Shown here piece by piece: positions 60,181 to 64,000 of a stretch of DNA of 64,000 nt. A program made the translations under genes and the position numbers. The notes under the pieces were generated by a model, which was given only the letters and a program-made list of their open reading frames with translations, searched no databases and had not been told where the DNA came from. Position 1 is the stretch's first letter. Every line of letters starts with the position of its first letter. Location of the stretch: the NCBI GenBank assembly GCA_963681965.1, contig OY820579.1, forward strand, positions 1,344,001 through 1,408,000. The letters are read 5' to 3'. This stretch comes from a bacterium (lineage in GTDB: Bacteria; Electryoneota; JAOADG01).

Positions 60181-60583
60181 GTAGATGCGAACATCCGTGT
60201 TCGCCCGTATCTTCTTTGGTAGGGGCGGTTCGCGAACCGCCCGAAACGTGATGTCTGAAAGACATCACGCGGATATGAAAAATAAATCAATGAATGAATC
60301 CGGAAATATTTCTGCGTCATCAATGGATTAGGGCGGTTCTCGAACCACCCCTACCACAGGAAGCATGATTCAAAAAACGCAGGCTGAAGCCTGCGGCTAC
60401 ACAAGAGAAGGTTGCCACAGCCCCTACGGGGCTTCGCAACGACAAAGCAGGATACAAGAATCAAGATACAAGCGGTGGTCAGAACAAGTTCTGACCTACG
60501 GAAAAGAAGGAATTCGCCCAAGCGGAGTTGGGCAGTACTACGGAAAAGAATGAATATGCCCAAGCGGAGTTGGGCAGTACTGC
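60181..60583. repeat. Right mosaic array of REP-like palindromes, mostly inverted relative to the left array
   Basis: 60181-60206; inverted pair 60219-60242 / 60331-60354; 60378-60400; 60409-60458; 60477-60499; tandem GCCCAAGCGGAGTTGGGCAGTACT at about 60515 and 60557. Confidence 0.8.
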
Positions 60584-60737
60584 ACAATACAATACCTACC
60601 TCTCACTAATATCATGTTTATTGTAAAAATATAATTAGTCGTCTGATATACCCCACCCCAATTTCGTATATTATTTGTTCTTGTTTACCGAAATCCGGCG
60701 TCGATAAATATTCACGCCAACAACTCAAAGGTGTACC

Positions 60738-63383
60738 ATGATTCCGTCATCCGAAATTCGTCGTCAATTCATCGAGTACTTCGAACAACGCGCCCACACG
60801 TTCGTGCCGAGCGCGCCAGTCGTGCCGCGCGACGATCCGACCCTGCTTTTCACCAATGCCGGAATGAATCAATTCAAGGATGTGTTCCTCGGTCAGGGAA
60901 CCCGCACGTATTCCCGCGCCGTCAACTCACAGAAGTGTTTGCGCGTTTCCGGAAAGCACAACGACCTCGAGGAAGTCGGCGTCGACACCTATCATCACAC
61001 CTTTTTCGAAATGCTCGGCAATTGGAGTTTCGGCGATTACTACAAGCATGAAGCCATCTCGTGGGCATGGGATCTGCTGACGAATGTCTGGAAACTGCCG
61101 AAGGACAAGCTCTACGCGACAGTATACGAAGACGACGACGAAGCGGAACAACTTTGGAAAGAGCTGACCGACATCGATCCCACACACATCTCGCGCTGGG
61201 GTAAAAAGGATAATTTCTGGGAAATGGGCGATGTCGGACCGTGCGGACCGTGCAGTGAAATTCATATCGATCGCGGAATCGAGTACGATGCCGACCCGAA
61301 AGCTGGCGTCAATACCGGTTCTGCACGGTATATGGAAATCTGGAATCTGGTATTCATTCAATACAATCGCGACGAAACGGGCACACTCACGCCGCTCCCC
61401 TCGAAACATGTCGATACCGGAATGGGCTTCGAGCGCCTCTGTTCTGTAATGCAGGGTGTTTCTTCTAACTACTCTACCGATGTTTTCCAGCCGTTAATTC
61501 AGAAAGTTGCCGAGCTATCCGGCGTTGCCTATAGCGATGGTCCCGCAGGCACACCGCACCGAGTTCTCGCCGACCACGTTCGAGCGGTATCATTTGCGAT
61601 CGCCGACGGTGCGCTTCCCGGCAATGAGGGGCGCGGTTATGTCTTGCGTCGCCTGCTCCGTCGTGCTGCCCGCTATGCCCGTCAGTTGGGCGTTACCGGT
61701 CCATTGGTGAATGAACTGGTGCCAGTCCTCGATGCGACCATGGGTGAATTCTATCCCGAACTGCGCGCCAAGAAAGACCATATCATCCGGGTGATCCGCG
61801 CCGAAGAACAGAACTTTTCCCGCACGCTGGACAACGGTATCGAACGGTTCGAATCCGAAATTGCGAAGCTACCCAAAGCTGGAACACTCTCCGGTGAAGT
61901 CGCATGGCAATTGTACGACACCTTCGGTTTCCCGCTTGACCTGACTGAACTCATGGCGCGGGAAGCTGGTTATACCGTCGATGTCAGTGGATTCAATGCG
62001 CAATTGAATGCACAACGCGAACTGGGTCGGGCATCGACTAAGGTGAAGCATCAACAAGCGGTTTTGAGCGAATGGATCATTGAGCGCGAAGGAAGTTCGC
62101 ATTTCACCGGATTCAACCGGATCGATCAAAAATCGGATGTCCTCCGCTGGCGATTGGTGAAAGAGCAGGATGAAGACATCCTCGAAGTAGTATTATCGGA
62201 AACCCCATTCTATCCCGAGGGTGGCGGTCAGTTGGCTGATTTCGGAACTCTGGCGGCGAGTGGTTTTTCCGCCGAAGTCTTCGATGTAACCAAGTCCGAT
62301 TACGGTCCAGTACACCGTTGCCGGTTGTTGGAATGGTCGGAAACGATGCCCGAAACCGTCACAGCGGAAGTGAATCGTAATCGCCGTCTCGATCTGGCGC
62401 GTAACCATACCGCGACTCACCTGTTGAATCAAGCGTTGCGCATCTTCTGCGGTCATCATATCCATCAGGCGGGTTCGCTCGTACATCCCGACTATCTTCG
62501 CTTCGACTTCACGCACTACGAAAAAGTGCCCTTGGATAAAGTTGTTGCCATCGAGAAATGGGTGAACGAACAAATTCTTGAAAACCTTCCGGTCGAACCG
62601 ACCGAAGAAGCTATGAGTGCGCTGAAAGCCGATATCGAAGCGGGCAAGATCGAAGCGATGTTCGATGAAAAGTACGGTGATACTGTACGGGTTGTGCGTG
62701 TTCGCGATCCCTTTACCCGGGAAGTTGTCTCACAGGAGTTGTGTGGTGGAACTCATGTTGCGACTACCGGCGAATTGGGCTATTTCGCCATTACCACTGA
62801 AACCGGTGCCGCTGCCGGAGTGCGCCGTATCGAAGCTGTTACCGGTCGTGCTGCGCTGGCGCGAATCCTCGATCAGGAAGCGCAATTGACACGGATGCAG
62901 GAACTCCTCAACAGTAGCGGCAGCGATATCGTTGACAAATTGACCAAAACACTCGACGAGAAGCGGGCGCAGGAAAAAGCTTTTGCCGCCCTCGAAACGC
63001 GTTGGGCACAGGCAAAGATGAATGAACTGCTAGCCACTGCTCCAATGATTGGCAGCGTGCGGGTGATCGCTGCCGAAATTGAAGGGGCATCAACCGATAC
63101 ATTGAAAACGATGTGCGATGCCGTCCGCGAACGCGAGCGAGGGGTTGTGGTGGTGCTCGGTTCGCGCGCGATGGGGAGTGCTTCCTTTGCTGCCGCAGTG
63201 ACCGAAGATCTCCTGACACTGGGTAAACTAAAAGCGGGCGATATTGTGAAGGAGGTCGCCAAGGCTGCCGGTGGTGGCGGTGGTGGCAAGGCGCACTTGG
63301 CAACAGCTGGTGCGAAAGACCCGGCACGCCTATCGGATGGCTTGGCTGTAGTCAAAACAACGATCGAAAAGTTGATTGGGTAA
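60738..63383 (+). CDS. alaS: Alanine--tRNA ligase
   Basis: DPTLLFTNAGMNQFK, HHTFFEMLGNWSFGDY, VDTGMGFERL, LYDTFGFP, HTATHLL, ELCGGTH, GGGGG in the C-Ala domain. Confidence 0.98.
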   Translation: MIPSSEIRRQFIEYFEQRAHTFVPSAPVVPRDDPTLLFTNAGMNQFKDVFLGQGTRTYSRAVNSQKCLRVSGKHNDLEEVGVDTYHHTFFEMLGNWSFGDYYKHEAISWAWDLLTNVWKLPKDKLYATVYEDDDEAEQLWKELTDIDPTHISRWGKKDNFWEMGDVGPCGPCSEIHIDRGIEYDADPKAGVNTGSARYMEIWNLVFIQYNRDETGTLTPLPSKHVDTGMGFERLCSVMQGVSSNYSTDVFQPLIQKVAELSGVAYSDGPAGTPHRVLADHVRAVSFAIADGALPGNEGRGYVLRRLLRRAARYARQLGVTGPLVNELVPVLDATMGEFYPELRAKKDHIIRVIRAEEQNFSRTLDNGIERFESEIAKLPKAGTLSGEVAWQLYDTFGFPLDLTELMAREAGYTVDVSGFNAQLNAQRELGRASTKVKHQQAVLSEWIIEREGSSHFTGFNRIDQKSDVLRWRLVKEQDEDILEVVLSETPFYPEGGGQLADFGTLAASGFSAEVFDVTKSDYGPVHRCRLLEWSETMPETVTAEVNRNRRLDLARNHTATHLLNQALRIFCGHHIHQAGSLVHPDYLRFDFTHYEKVPLDKVVAIEKWVNEQILENLPVEPTEEAMSALKADIEAGKIEAMFDEKYGDTVRVVRVRDPFTREVVSQELCGGTHVATTGELGYFAITTETGAAAGVRRIEAVTGRAALARILDQEAQLTRMQELLNSSGSDIVDKLTKTLDEKRAQEKAFAALETRWAQAKMNELLATAPMIGSVRVIAAEIEGASTDTLKTMCDAVRERERGVVVVLGSRAMGSASFAAAVTEDLLTLGKLKAGDIVKEVAKAAGGGGGGKAHLATAGAKDPARLSDGLAVVKTTIEKLIG

Positions 63384-63512
63384 CAGTATTTATGAATTGG
63401 GGTATCGCTACGATGCCCCAATTTTTTTTCTACCGATAATCGGAATCCTCGATTTTTACTCGAAAAATGTCGATATTCCTGTATCGACCCTAATATCGAA
63501 ACGGGGGGTAGT

Positions 63513-63896
63513 ATGCCATTCAAATGTTGTTCGCTATGCAATAAATGCTGGGAAGAGTTCCTTGACTTAGTGAAGGACGTTTCCTTGCATCTGAATGGTT
63601 ATCAAGCCGGTTTTAAGAATCCCGATGATGGTCTGATTTATCTTACTCACGACACTGACGGGTGCCATTCCACCATTGCGATCCGAGCTGCCGATCTCCG
63701 ACCGTTGTACAAAGGACCCGATATTCAGGTCCGAAACACCGGTCAATCTACTTGCGAAGGACGATGCTTAAAGTCGGACGATTTCGATGTCTGCAACGCT
63801 GAATGCGATTTAGCTTGGATTAGGCGTGCCTTGCAGTCGTTTAGATCGCACCGAGTACCTGATCATTTACTGCCACCGCCCCCTGTTGCTCAATAA
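63513..63896 (+). CDS. Cys/His-rich hypothetical protein, possibly metal binding
   Basis: GGGGG RBS-like sequence; CCSLCNKCW, HDTDGCHST, CEGRC, CNAEC. Confidence 0.65.
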   Translation: MPFKCCSLCNKCWEEFLDLVKDVSLHLNGYQAGFKNPDDGLIYLTHDTDGCHSTIAIRAADLRPLYKGPDIQVRNTGQSTCEGRCLKSDDFDVCNAECDLAWIRRALQSFRSHRVPDHLLPPPPVAQ

Positions 63897-64000
63897 ATTG
63901 CGCCTCAACGAGACGATGAATAGGAAGTTCCTGCCATTTTGATTGATTAAGACGTCAATTTATTCTTATTTTTGTTCCCAATCACTTTTTTTTTGTGGGA

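Noticed and set aside
60500-60583. Tandem repeat resembling a mini CRISPR array
   Set aside because: Only two copies, the intervening sequence is itself repeated (CGGAAAAGAA), no cas genes; the unit is a REP-like palindrome.

Overview
Bacterial chromosomal window, probably from an FCB-superphylum-type diderm. This is inferred from an LptD-like protein, a PorV-like barrel, a protein with a T9SS-type C-terminal sorting domain and a Bacteroidota-like thioredoxin. It holds about 50 mostly housekeeping genes: rarA, lptD-like, fbaB, rsmA/pdxA, a GT2-kinase-asnB block, a PlpD-like patatin barrel, a cdd-udk-tdk-PNP salvage cluster, a CCA-type nucleotidyltransferase, a Yip1/TolC/MacAB-type exporter, pyrF/pyrE, a porin-PBP-chemoreceptor module, trxA, a TerC protein, hoxEFUYH and alaS. 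I saw no tRNA, rRNA, CRISPR array or transposase. Four things stand out. (1) A secreted SBBP-repeat/T9SS-CTD gene (57498-60167) is bracketed by inverted mosaic REP-type palindrome arrays, carries six REP copies in frame in its coding sequence, has one in-frame TAA, and has an AT-rich core between GC-rich ends. (2) A tafazzin-like acyltransferase is fused to a CDP-alcohol phosphatidyltransferase (42653-44167). (3) A porin, a small periplasmic binding protein and an MCP form a sensory module. (4) A PdxA with altered substrate-binding residues lies downstream of a GT2/sugar kinase/amidotransferase block. All family calls come from motif recognition by eye; no database searches were run.
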